DNA of 64,000 nt from Acidimicrobiia bacterium UBA4744 (lineage in GTDB: Bacteria > Actinomycetota > Acidimicrobiia > Spongiisociales > UBA4744). The translations under genes were made by a program, and so were the position numbers. Of this stretch, positions 39,248 to 47,950 are shown piece after piece (within the stretch, counting starts at the first letter, position 1; every line of letters starts with the position of its first letter). The stretch spans positions 111,356 to 175,355 of the forward strand of contig DHIO01000006.1 in assembly GCA_002403855.1 (NCBI GenBank), read 5' to 3'. The notes beneath the pieces are model-generated. The model was not told the DNA's origin. It searched no databases and saw nothing but the letters and a program-made list of their open reading frames with translations.

Positions 39248-40149
39248 AGACGTACGCCTACTACCCCGGTTGTTCCCTCGAGTCGATGGCGGTCAGCTAC
39301 CACGTGTCCGCCGTGGAGGTTGCTCATCTTCTCGGCGTGACGCTGGTGGAGATCGAGGATTGGAACTGTTGTGGTGCCACCGCATATTCCCACGTGGACG
39401 AGCTGCTGGCACAGGTCTTGAGTGCCCGCAACCTCGCCCTGGCCGAGAAAGAGCAACGGCCGGATCTGGTCGCTCCGTGCAGCGGTTGTTTCAAGAACCT
39501 CTATTTCGCCAATGAGCACATGCTCGAAGACGCCGATCTGATGGACCACATGAACTTCGCCCTGGAGGCTGATGATCTCAGTTATTCCGGCGGTGTCACC
39601 GTCCATCACCTGATGGATTTGTTCGTGAGGGAGGTCGGCCTCGATGCGATCCGCGAAAAGGTGGAAGATCCGCTCGAAGGCCTGCGCGTTGCCCCGTACT
39701 ACGGGTGTCAGATGACCCGCCCGAGGAAGCCGGGGGAGGGTCTGGAGGATGTGGAAGGGCCGCGGTTCTTCGAGGAGTTGGTCGGGGCGCTCGGGGCGAT
39801 ACCGGTCGACTATCCCTATCGGATGCGCTGCTGTGGGGCCTCGTTGATAGCGACCAGCCGGCAGGCGGCCCTCTCCATGCTGCGGGACTTGCTGCAGAGT
39901 GCCATGGACGCCGGCGCGGACGTGATTGCCACGTCATGCCCGCTGTGCCAGATCAACCTGGAGGTCTACCAGTCCGAGGTCAACCGGGAACTCGGCACGG
40001 AGTTCTCCATGCCGATCATGTACTTCACCCAGTTGATGGGCCTCGCACTGGGGATCAAGCCGAAGCAGTTGGGGATCGGTAGCGAGGTCGTCCCGGTCGC
40101 TCCGGTCTTGGCCTGTCGCCAGAGCCAGCGGACTGCAGTGGCCGGCTGA
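39244..40149 (+). CDS. hdrB: heterodisulfide reductase subunit B-like (two CCG domains)
   Basis: VKTYAYYPGCSLE N-terminus with the CCG motifs NCCGATAY and RCCGASL. 301 aa. The GTG start overlaps the hdrC stop (GTGA). Confidence 0.8.
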   Translation: MKTYAYYPGCSLESMAVSYHVSAVEVAHLLGVTLVEIEDWNCCGATAYSHVDELLAQVLSARNLALAEKEQRPDLVAPCSGCFKNLYFANEHMLEDADLMDHMNFALEADDLSYSGGVTVHHLMDLFVREVGLDAIREKVEDPLEGLRVAPYYGCQMTRPRKPGEGLEDVEGPRFFEELVGALGAIPVDYPYRMRCCGASLIATSRQAALSMLRDLLQSAMDAGADVIATSCPLCQINLEVYQSEVNRELGTEFSMPIMYFTQLMGLALGIKPKQLGIGSEVVPVAPVLACRQSQRTAVAG

Positions 40150-40427
40150 CGGGAGACAACCGACCTCGAGGTCGCCGGCCGGGCGGGCCGCACCTGCGGC
40201 CGCCCTTGTCGCGGAGTACCTCGCCGGCATCCCCTCTCGGTGGTCGAACGCACCAACCGCGCCCGACCACTCTGCGCCTCTGAGAGCGGCCGATGCCTGG
40301 GTCGGCCACCGGCGCCCATCCCCGGATCGATGGGAGGAAAGGGGGCCAATAGGTTGACATGTGGTGCGGAATGGGGCATAGTGGCACGCAGTGGAGGACT
40401 ACGGATGCCGGACAGGGTGCAGGAATC

Positions 40428-40859
40428 ATGTTCCTCGGTGAGTACCAACACACGCTCGACCCGAAAGGGAGAGTCGTGTTGCCCGCCAAATTCCGCGAAC
40501 GATTGGCGGAGGGGTGCGTCATCACCAAGGGGCAGGAGCGATGCCTCTACGTCTTCGCGCTCGATCGGTGGGAGACGGAGGTAGAACGAGTGAACACCCT
40601 TCCCCGCACCGACGCCCGGGCTCGCAAGCTGGCCCGGTCGTTCTTCGCCGGAGCCGACCAGCAGATTCCCGACAAGCAGGGGAGAGTGCAGGTCCCCACC
40701 AATCTCCGCAACTATGCGGATCTCAGCAAAGACCTGACCGTGGTCGGCGTCGCCGACCGAGTCGAGATCTGGGACACGGCGACTTGGGATCGCATGTCCG
40801 CAGAAGCAGACGAGTACTACGCCGACATAGAGGAGGCCCTCGGCGAACACGGAATCTGA
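40428..40859 (+). CDS. mraZ: transcriptional regulator MraZ
   Basis: MFLGEYQHTLDPKGRVVLPAKFRE...QGRVQVPTNLR shows the duplicated MraZ motif, in a 143-aa protein. Confidence 0.9.
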   Translation: MFLGEYQHTLDPKGRVVLPAKFRERLAEGCVITKGQERCLYVFALDRWETEVERVNTLPRTDARARKLARSFFAGADQQIPDKQGRVQVPTNLRNYADLSKDLTVVGVADRVEIWDTATWDRMSAEADEYYADIEEALGEHGI

Positions 40860-40959
40860 CAAGGCAATCGAGGACTGGTTCATCGCCAGCCCCCCGGAAC
40901 CAACGGAAGGCCCCCTACTCCGCCCGCTTCCTTTGGTGCCAGCGCCCGGGGGGCTGGCA

Positions 40960-41916
40960 ATGGATCAGACACCCGAGAGCCGTGAGTTTCACGAAGCGGT
41001 TATGGCAGAGGAGGTGGTCGAACTGTTCCGTCCGTTGCAGAAAGGGCTGGTCCTGGACGCGACTTTCGGCGGCGGCGGCCACAGCCGACGCCTCCTGGAT
41101 GCCCTCGGCAGCAACGTGCGGGTCCTCGCTTTCGACCGGGATCCGGATGCAATCCGCGAGGCGGAAGCGTTGCGGGCTGAAACCGGCATCGGAGAGCGAC
41201 TGCAGATCGTCAACCGCAACTACAGGGGTTTGGAAGAAGTGTTGATCGAACGGAGCATCGACAGTATTGACGGCGCCCTCTTCGACCTGGGGGTCTCCGG
41301 TCACCAGGTCGAGGAGGGTACCCGAGGTTTCTCGTACCGGTCGGCCGGGCCACTCGACATGCGGATGGGTCCCGATGCTCCCCACACGGCCGCCGAACTG
41401 GTCAACGACTGGCCGGAATCCGATCTGGCCCGGGTACTCCGTTCTTACGGCGAAGAGAGATTCGCCGGCCGCATCGCCCGGGCGATCGTGGCCGCCCGTC
41501 CGGTCTCAGACACTGCCCAACTAGCCGAAGTTGTTCGTGCGGCAATTCCGGCTGCTACTCGCCGGACCGGGGGACATCCCGCCCGCAGGACCTTCCAGGC
41601 GTTGCGGATCGCCGTCAATGATGAACTCGGCGACCTCGAGGAGGGTCTCGAATCGGCGCTGCGCCGTCTACGCGCCGGCGGCCGGTGTGTCGTCATTTCC
41701 TACCACTCGCTCGAAGACCGCATCGTCAAACGCCGCTTCGCGCAGGGTGCGGGCGGTTGTACGTGTCCACCCGACTTCCCGGTTTGTGTGTGCGAGGACA
41801 CCACGGAACTCCGCCTGCTCGTCCGCAAGCCACTTCGGCCCACCGAGGAGGAGGTGGTGACCAACCCGCGGGCCCGTAGCGCCCGACTGCGGGCGATCGA
41901 GAAGGTTGCCGCGTGA
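40960..41916 (+). CDS. rsmH: 16S rRNA (cytosine1402-N4)-methyltransferase
   Basis: HEAVMAEEVVELF...DATFGGGGHS SAM-binding motif, in a 318-aa protein. Confidence 0.9.
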   Translation: MDQTPESREFHEAVMAEEVVELFRPLQKGLVLDATFGGGGHSRRLLDALGSNVRVLAFDRDPDAIREAEALRAETGIGERLQIVNRNYRGLEEVLIERSIDSIDGALFDLGVSGHQVEEGTRGFSYRSAGPLDMRMGPDAPHTAAELVNDWPESDLARVLRSYGEERFAGRIARAIVAARPVSDTAQLAEVVRAAIPAATRRTGGHPARRTFQALRIAVNDELGDLEEGLESALRRLRAGGRCVVISYHSLEDRIVKRRFAQGAGGCTCPPDFPVCVCEDTTELRLLVRKPLRPTEEEVVTNPRARSARLRAIEKVAA

Positions 41917-42317
41917 CTGCTCACCCGGCGCCGGTTCGGCAGAAACGCCCCCATATCCGGGTCCTACCCGGGCGGGGATTTCAGCCGCTGCGGATGGCTC
42001 CGTGGTTCCTCTTCACAGCCCTGGTGATCTTCGTCTTCTTCGCGCTCATCTACTCGCGGACCACTCTGAGCGACTCCGCTTTCCGGCTCAAGGAAGTCGA
42101 AGCGCAGATCGCCCAGGAAGAATCGACCTATCAGCAGCTGCGGCTGGAGGTGGCGCGTCTCCAATCACCGGAGCGAGTCGTTCCGCTGGCCGAGCAGATC
42201 GGCCTGGTTCTCCCCGAACAGGTACGGACCGTCGAGGCGTTCGGGGTCACCGGCACCGAAGGGGGCGCGGAGGAACGTTGGGCGGAAGTGAAGTCGATCT
42301 TGACCGCATCGCCATGA
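41913..42317 (+). CDS. ftsL: cell division protein FtsL-like
   Basis: Small bitopic protein with one TM helix (WFLFTALVIFVFFALIY) followed by a coiled coil. It occupies the FtsL position in the dcw cluster. Confidence 0.65.
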   Translation: MTAHPAPVRQKRPHIRVLPGRGFQPLRMAPWFLFTALVIFVFFALIYSRTTLSDSAFRLKEVEAQIAQEESTYQQLRLEVARLQSPERVVPLAEQIGLVLPEQVRTVEAFGVTGTEGGAEERWAEVKSILTASP

Positions 42318-42413
42318 GGACGACCGGACCATGCGCTGGCGACCGGAGCCCGAAGGGTCACCAAGAACCCGTACACAAAGGCTCGCCCGCCGGGGTCCCC
42401 CCGGAGGTATAGC

Positions 42414-44147
42414 GTGGGGGGGCGGCAGACAAGCCGCCGCTCGCGGGCAACCGACTACCGGCTGATTGCCGTTGCCGTCGGGCTCATCCTGGCCTGGGCG
42501 GCCGTCGGGATCCGGCTCTTCCAAGTGCAGGTCGTCAAGGCAGACGAACTGGCCGCGATGGGGCTCGATCAGCGCCTCACCGTAAAAGAACTGGCAGCCG
42601 ACCGCGGCAACATCTTCGACCGGGAAGGTCGCGAGCTCGCCATCACGGTGGATGCCACAACGATCTACGCCAACCCTCGGCAGGTGACGACACCGGAGGT
42701 CACGGCGTCGGTCCTGGCAGCCGCTCTGGGGCTCGATACCGCCGCGGTGCTCGACAAACTCACTTCCGATAGGAGTTTCGTGTTCATTGCTCGCCAGGTT
42801 GAATGGGAACAGGCGGAGCCGGTCACCGCTCTGGGGCATCCCGGAATCCACTGGTACACCGAGCCCAAACGCGTCTATCCGGCGGGACGCATGGCTGCCC
42901 AGGTCATCGGCTTCGTCAACATCGACAATCAGGGCATCGAGGGACTCGAGTTCGGTTACGACGAAGAGCTGAGCGGGTCGCCGGGCCGGCTCGAAGCCGA
43001 GCAGGACCCCGAAGGCCGCCTCATCACGTTCGGCGAATACGACGTTGTCCCGGCCGTGCCGGGAAGCGATCTCATCACGACGATCGATCGGGAGATCCAG
43101 TTCATTGCGGAAGAGGTGTGCGAGGACACCATCGTTCGCACTGGTGCACAGCGTTGCTCCGTTGTTGTTCTCGACCCAGACTCGGGAGAGGTGCTGGCCA
43201 TGGTGACGCTGCCCAGCTTTGACCCCGGTGATCGGGCCGGTATCGATTCCGACCGGTACCGGAACTGGGCGGCGCTGTCGGTTTTCGAGCCGGGCTCCAC
43301 TCAGAAGCTCGTCACGGTGGCGGCGGCGCTGGAGGAGAAAGCGGTCAGTGCGGCGACCACCTTCGAAGTGCCGGATCAGATCGAAATCGTCCCCGGCGCC
43401 TGTCCGGACAATGAGGATGTCTATGGGTGTTTCACCGACAACACTCCGCATGAGCCTCGCATCATGAGCGTCACGGACATCGTCACCCGCTCGTCGAACG
43501 TGGGCACCATTCTGATCGGGCAGGAACTGGGCGAAGAGAAGCTGGCCGACTACCTGGGCGCGTTCAACTACGGGTCTCACACCGGCATCGATTTTCCCGG
43601 GGAAGCTGCCGGGGAGATCAACCTTGCCGCCGGATGTCAGTCGTGCCCTGCGTCGGCGGCGATCGGCTACAGCGTGTCGGTCACCGAACTCCAAATGGCC
43701 GCGGTGTATGCCACCATTGCCAACGATGGCGTGTGGGTACAACCGCACTTGGTCAAGGAGATCGTCGATGGCATCGGCGTCCGCAGTCCGATGGACCCCG
43801 AACACCGGCGGGTCGTCTCGGAGGACTCTGCCCGTATCATGCGTCTCCTTCTGCAAAACGTCGTTGAAAGCGAAGACGGAACCGGCCAACAAGCCCGGGT
43901 GAGCGGATACACCGTTGGAGGCAAGACGGGGACCACCCGCCGCTTCGAGGAAGGTGAGGGATACACGGACGATTTCGTGGCGAGTTTCATCGGGATGGCT
44001 CCCGTCGATGAACCCGAGATCGTCGTCGCGGTCGTTGTCGACGCCCCGCTGTCGGACAACACCGGCGGTCGCGCCGCCGCCCCGGCGTTTGCCGAAATCG
44101 TCGAGCGGACTCTGCATCAAATGGGGGTGGCACCCGATGCCTCCTGA
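42414..44147 (+). CDS. ftsI: penicillin-binding protein (FtsI-type transpeptidase)
   Basis: 577 aa with an N-terminal TM helix, an STQK-like active-site motif (GSTQKLVT), and KTGTT. Confidence 0.85.
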   Translation: MGGRQTSRRSRATDYRLIAVAVGLILAWAAVGIRLFQVQVVKADELAAMGLDQRLTVKELAADRGNIFDREGRELAITVDATTIYANPRQVTTPEVTASVLAAALGLDTAAVLDKLTSDRSFVFIARQVEWEQAEPVTALGHPGIHWYTEPKRVYPAGRMAAQVIGFVNIDNQGIEGLEFGYDEELSGSPGRLEAEQDPEGRLITFGEYDVVPAVPGSDLITTIDREIQFIAEEVCEDTIVRTGAQRCSVVVLDPDSGEVLAMVTLPSFDPGDRAGIDSDRYRNWAALSVFEPGSTQKLVTVAAALEEKAVSAATTFEVPDQIEIVPGACPDNEDVYGCFTDNTPHEPRIMSVTDIVTRSSNVGTILIGQELGEEKLADYLGAFNYGSHTGIDFPGEAAGEINLAAGCQSCPASAAIGYSVSVTELQMAAVYATIANDGVWVQPHLVKEIVDGIGVRSPMDPEHRRVVSEDSARIMRLLLQNVVESEDGTGQQARVSGYTVGGKTGTTRRFEEGEGYTDDFVASFIGMAPVDEPEIVVAVVVDAPLSDNTGGRAAAPAFAEIVERTLHQMGVAPDAS

Positions 44148-45600
44148 GACCCTGCTGTCTGATCTGGCTGCCGTCGTCGGGGGACGGGTGATCGGCTCCG
44201 ACCAGGTACCGATTCGCGATGTGACCCACGACAGTCGGAGGGCTGCTCCGGGCGTGCTCTTCGTCGCCGTCCGCGGTTTTACTACCGACGGGCACGACTA
44301 TGTCGCCCAGGCGGTCGCCGGCGGGGCGGCTGCCGTATGCGTCGAACAGAGCCAGGACCTCGCCGTTCCCCAGCTGATCGTCACGGATGGGCGAGCCGCA
44401 CTTCCCGCTCTGGCCGCCACCGTTCATCATCATCCCTCGCGCCGTCTCCGGGTGGTAGGCGTCACCGGCACCAACGGCAAGACGACCGTCGCCTACCTCG
44501 TCGAGTCGATCGCCATTGCGGCGGGACTCACCGGTGCACTCGTCGGCACCGTTGGAGCACGTATCGCCGGTCGGCCGCTGCCGGCCGGGAGGACGACTCC
44601 GGAAGCAACCGATCTCCAGCGCCTGCTCGCCGAGATGGTCGACCAGCATGTCGATGTTGCCGCTATCGAGGTCTCCTCACATGCACTTGCGCTGCATCGC
44701 GTCGACGAGGTCGCATTCAGTGTCGCAGCCTTCACCAACCTCAGCCAGGATCACCTGGACTTCCACAAGGACATGGAGGACTACTTCGAAGCGAAAGCAA
44801 CCTTGTTCGAGGCCGGACGTGCCGCCCACGCGGTCATCTGGGTCGACGATCCTTACGGAGCTCGACTCGCCGATCGGGTGGATATCCCGGTGACCCGGGT
44901 CGGGCTCGGCTCCGACGCCGATGTGAGGGCCACCTCGATTGCTGTGACGGCGACCGGTTCGACGTTCGATCTGGTCGTCCGGGATCAGGCACGGCTGGTG
45001 CAGTTGCCTCTCGGCGGAGCCTTCAATATCGAGAATGCCCTGGTAGCCGCCGCCTGCGCTTCGGCGCTCGACGTAGGACTCGAAGACATCGACGCCGGAA
45101 TCCGGAACGTATCGCAGATCCCCGGTCGCTTTGAGAAAATCGACGCCGGCCAATCTTTCGCCGTGATCGTCGACTACGCCCACACGCCCGAGGGCATCGG
45201 GTCGGTGGTGGCCGCGGCGCGCCGAGTCTCCGCCGGGACGGTGTATGTCGTGGTCGGAGCGGGAGGGGATCGGGACCGTCTCAAGCGGCCCGCCATGGGG
45301 GCGGCCGCGGCGGAAGCCGATGTTGCCATCATCACGTCGGACAACCCACGGTCGGAAGACCCCCTGGCGATCATCACCGAAGTGGTTTCCGGGGCGGAGG
45401 AGGGACGTGCCGAACTGCACGTGGTGCCGGATCGGCGATCTGCCATTCGCACGGCAGTTCAAGGGGCTGCGGCCGGAGACGTGGTGTTGATCCTGGGCAA
45501 GGGCCACGAACCAGGGCAGGAGGTACGCGGGCGGGTCGAGCCCTTCGATGATCGGGTGGTGGCGAGCGAAGAGTTGGCCGGACTCGAGGTGCCCCGATGA
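44137..45600 (+). CDS. murE: UDP-N-acetylmuramoyl-L-alanyl-D-glutamate--2,6-diaminopimelate ligase
   Basis: GVTGTNGKTT P-loop, DNPR motif, and a typical MurE C-terminus. The start MPPETLL overlaps the ftsI stop. Confidence 0.85.
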   Translation: MPPETLLSDLAAVVGGRVIGSDQVPIRDVTHDSRRAAPGVLFVAVRGFTTDGHDYVAQAVAGGAAAVCVEQSQDLAVPQLIVTDGRAALPALAATVHHHPSRRLRVVGVTGTNGKTTVAYLVESIAIAAGLTGALVGTVGARIAGRPLPAGRTTPEATDLQRLLAEMVDQHVDVAAIEVSSHALALHRVDEVAFSVAAFTNLSQDHLDFHKDMEDYFEAKATLFEAGRAAHAVIWVDDPYGARLADRVDIPVTRVGLGSDADVRATSIAVTATGSTFDLVVRDQARLVQLPLGGAFNIENALVAAACASALDVGLEDIDAGIRNVSQIPGRFEKIDAGQSFAVIVDYAHTPEGIGSVVAAARRVSAGTVYVVVGAGGDRDRLKRPAMGAAAAEADVAIITSDNPRSEDPLAIITEVVSGAEEGRAELHVVPDRRSAIRTAVQGAAAGDVVLILGKGHEPGQEVRGRVEPFDDRVVASEELAGLEVPR

Positions 45601-46661
45601 TCGCCATGCTCGTGTCGGCAGCCGTTGCCTTTCTCCTCGCCATTCTCCTGACCCCATCCGTCATCCGCTTCCTGCGGAAACGCAATGTCGGTCAGTTCAT
45701 ACAGGAAGAGGTCGAAGGGCACTCCCACAAACACGGGACTCCCACCATGGGCGGTGTCGTGATTCTCATCGCAGTACTCGCCGGTTACTTTCTCTCGCAC
45801 ATCAGGGTCTGGAGCCCCACGGAGGGTTTCGACTTCACGTTCCGCAGTTTCTCCGGGGGCGGTCTACTCGTGGTGGGGGCCGCCGTCGGGATGGGGTTGA
45901 TCGGGCTGCTCGACGACTACCTGAAGGTGACCCGAGAGCGAAACCTGGGGTTGAACAAGCGGGCCAAGCTGGCCGGGCAGATCGCCATAGCTGCTCTGTT
46001 TGCCTGGGGAGCCGCCACCCTGGGTGTGTCGACCGAGATCGGCTTCGCTCGTTCACTCGGAATCGACCTGGGACCTTTCTATCCGCTCTGGGTGTTGCTG
46101 ATGCTCACGGCGACGGCCAATGCCGTCAACATCACCGACGGCCTCGACGGGCTGGCCGCCGGATCGAGTTCCCTCGTCTACGGCGCCTTCATGATCATGT
46201 TGTTCTGGATCTTTCGAAACCGCGACTTCTATGGAGATTTCACTTCGCAGACCCTGGGCGCCGACGAGCTGGCCGTCGTGGCTGCCGCGTTTCTTGGAGC
46301 CGCGCTCGGTTTCTTGTGGTGGAACGCCGCCCCGGCCAAGGTGTTCATGGGCGACGTAGGATCGCAAGCTCTCGGCGGCGGCATGGCCGCCCTGGCCCTC
46401 CTGTCCAAGACCGATCTGCTGTTGATCGTGCTTGGAGGTCTGTACGTTGTGGAAACCACAGCCGTCATCCTGCAGATCGTCGGCTTCCGGGTCTTCGGTA
46501 AGCGGGTATTCCGGATGGCCCCGATTCACCACCACTTCGAGCTGCTCGGCTGGCAAGAGACCACCATCGTCATTCGCTTCTTCATACTGGCCGGCATTGG
46601 TGTCGCGCTCGGCTTGGGCTTGTTCTACGGTGACTTCATCGCCGGGGGAGGTTTGCAGTGA
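45597..46661 (+). CDS. mraY: phospho-N-acetylmuramoyl-pentapeptide transferase
   Basis: 354-aa polytopic membrane protein containing TPTMGG and NAVNITDGLDGLA. Confidence 0.9.
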   Translation: MIAMLVSAAVAFLLAILLTPSVIRFLRKRNVGQFIQEEVEGHSHKHGTPTMGGVVILIAVLAGYFLSHIRVWSPTEGFDFTFRSFSGGGLLVVGAAVGMGLIGLLDDYLKVTRERNLGLNKRAKLAGQIAIAALFAWGAATLGVSTEIGFARSLGIDLGPFYPLWVLLMLTATANAVNITDGLDGLAAGSSSLVYGAFMIMLFWIFRNRDFYGDFTSQTLGADELAVVAAAFLGAALGFLWWNAAPAKVFMGDVGSQALGGGMAALALLSKTDLLLIVLGGLYVVETTAVILQIVGFRVFGKRVFRMAPIHHHFELLGWQETTIVIRFFILAGIGVALGLGLFYGDFIAGGGLQ

Positions 46662-47950
46662 AGACTCTGGTGCTCGGTGGTGCCGTCTCAGGAAGAGCTG
46701 CTGCTCTTCTTGCCAGGCGGCTCGACCATGAAGTGTCGGTCTTCGACCGGGATCCGGCGGTGTTGGCCAACCTGCGCAACGATCGGCTCTTCGTGACCAC
46801 CGGGACCTGGACGCCCTCGCTGCTCGACGGTGTCGAACTGGTCGTCGCGAGTCCGGGGTTCGCCGAGACATCCGAACCGATCCGCGACACCGAAGCGGCG
46901 GGTATTCCCTTGTGGAGTGAGTTGGAGTTCTCCTCGCGGCAGCTCACTGCCCCCATCGTCGCCGTGACCGGCACCAACGGCAAGACCACCGTTACCGGCC
47001 TGGTCGCCGACATGCTGGCGGCCAGCGGACTCGAAGCCGTCGCGGCCGGTAACATCGGCACGCCTCTGGCCACGGTCGTCGGCGAACCCCTCGACGTGGC
47101 CGTTGCCGAGACATCCAGTTTCCAGCTTCGGTTCATCGACGAGTTTCATCCCGCCACGGCCGTGATCCTGAATGTCGCTCCCGACCACCTGGATTGGCAC
47201 GGATCCTACGAGGCGTATCTGGCCGCCAAAGCGATGATCCACCGCAACCAAACGAGGAACGACGTCCTCGTGTTCGACGCCGACGACGCGGGGGCAGTTG
47301 CAGCCGTTCGAACGGCGCAATCCCGAGCCATACCGGTGAGTGGACGGCGGCGGCCCGAAGGCGGGGCCGGCGTGATCGCCGACAAGCTCGACTTGGGTGA
47401 CGTTGTAGTTCCGCTCGCCCGGGTCCCCGTGGCCGACCCTGCGTTCCTCGTGGATCTGGCTGCGGCCGGCGTGGCGGCACTTGCCCATGGTGCTCGATCC
47501 GAGGCGGTCGAGCAGGTCATCACGGCATTCCATCCGGGTCCGCATCGCCGAACCCTCATCGGTAGCTGGGACGACGTGGACTGGGTGGACGACTCGAAAG
47601 CGACCAATCCCCATGCAGCTTCGGCGTCGGCATCGGCATATGCGTCGGTGGTCCTGATAGCCGGGGGGAGAAACAAGGGTCTCGATCTCGCCGATCTCAT
47701 GGCCGTGCCCACTATCAAACATGTGGTGGCGATTGGTGAGGCGGCCGCGGAACTCGAGACCATGGCCCGTTCTCCGGTTGAGCGCGCCGCAACGATGCAG
47801 GAGGCGGTTGAGGTTGCGGATCGAATTGCCCAAGCGGGCGACACGGTGCTGCTGGCACCCGGCTGTGCCAGCTTCGACATGTTTCGCTCGTACGCCGCTC
47901 GCGGAGACAGCTTCGCGGACGAGATCTGCAGGAGGAAGGAGAGAGGATGA
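46658..47950 (+). CDS. murD: UDP-N-acetylmuramoylalanine--D-glutamate ligase
   Basis: 430 aa with the VTGTNGKTT P-loop. Confidence 0.85.
   Translation: MKTLVLGGAVSGRAAALLARRLDHEVSVFDRDPAVLANLRNDRLFVTTGTWTPSLLDGVELVVASPGFAETSEPIRDTEAAGIPLWSELEFSSRQLTAPIVAVTGTNGKTTVTGLVADMLAASGLEAVAAGNIGTPLATVVGEPLDVAVAETSSFQLRFIDEFHPATAVILNVAPDHLDWHGSYEAYLAAKAMIHRNQTRNDVLVFDADDAGAVAAVRTAQSRAIPVSGRRRPEGGAGVIADKLDLGDVVVPLARVPVADPAFLVDLAAAGVAALAHGARSEAVEQVITAFHPGPHRRTLIGSWDDVDWVDDSKATNPHAASASASAYASVVLIAGGRNKGLDLADLMAVPTIKHVVAIGEAAAELETMARSPVERAATMQEAVEVADRIAQAGDTVLLAPGCASFDMFRSYAARGDSFADEICRRKERG

Noticed and set aside
44337-45134. 265-aa alternative-frame ORF inside murE. Similar ORFs lie inside fabF, ftsW, and ileS.
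   Set aside because: Out-of-frame shadows of genuine genes, with RRRR-type composition.
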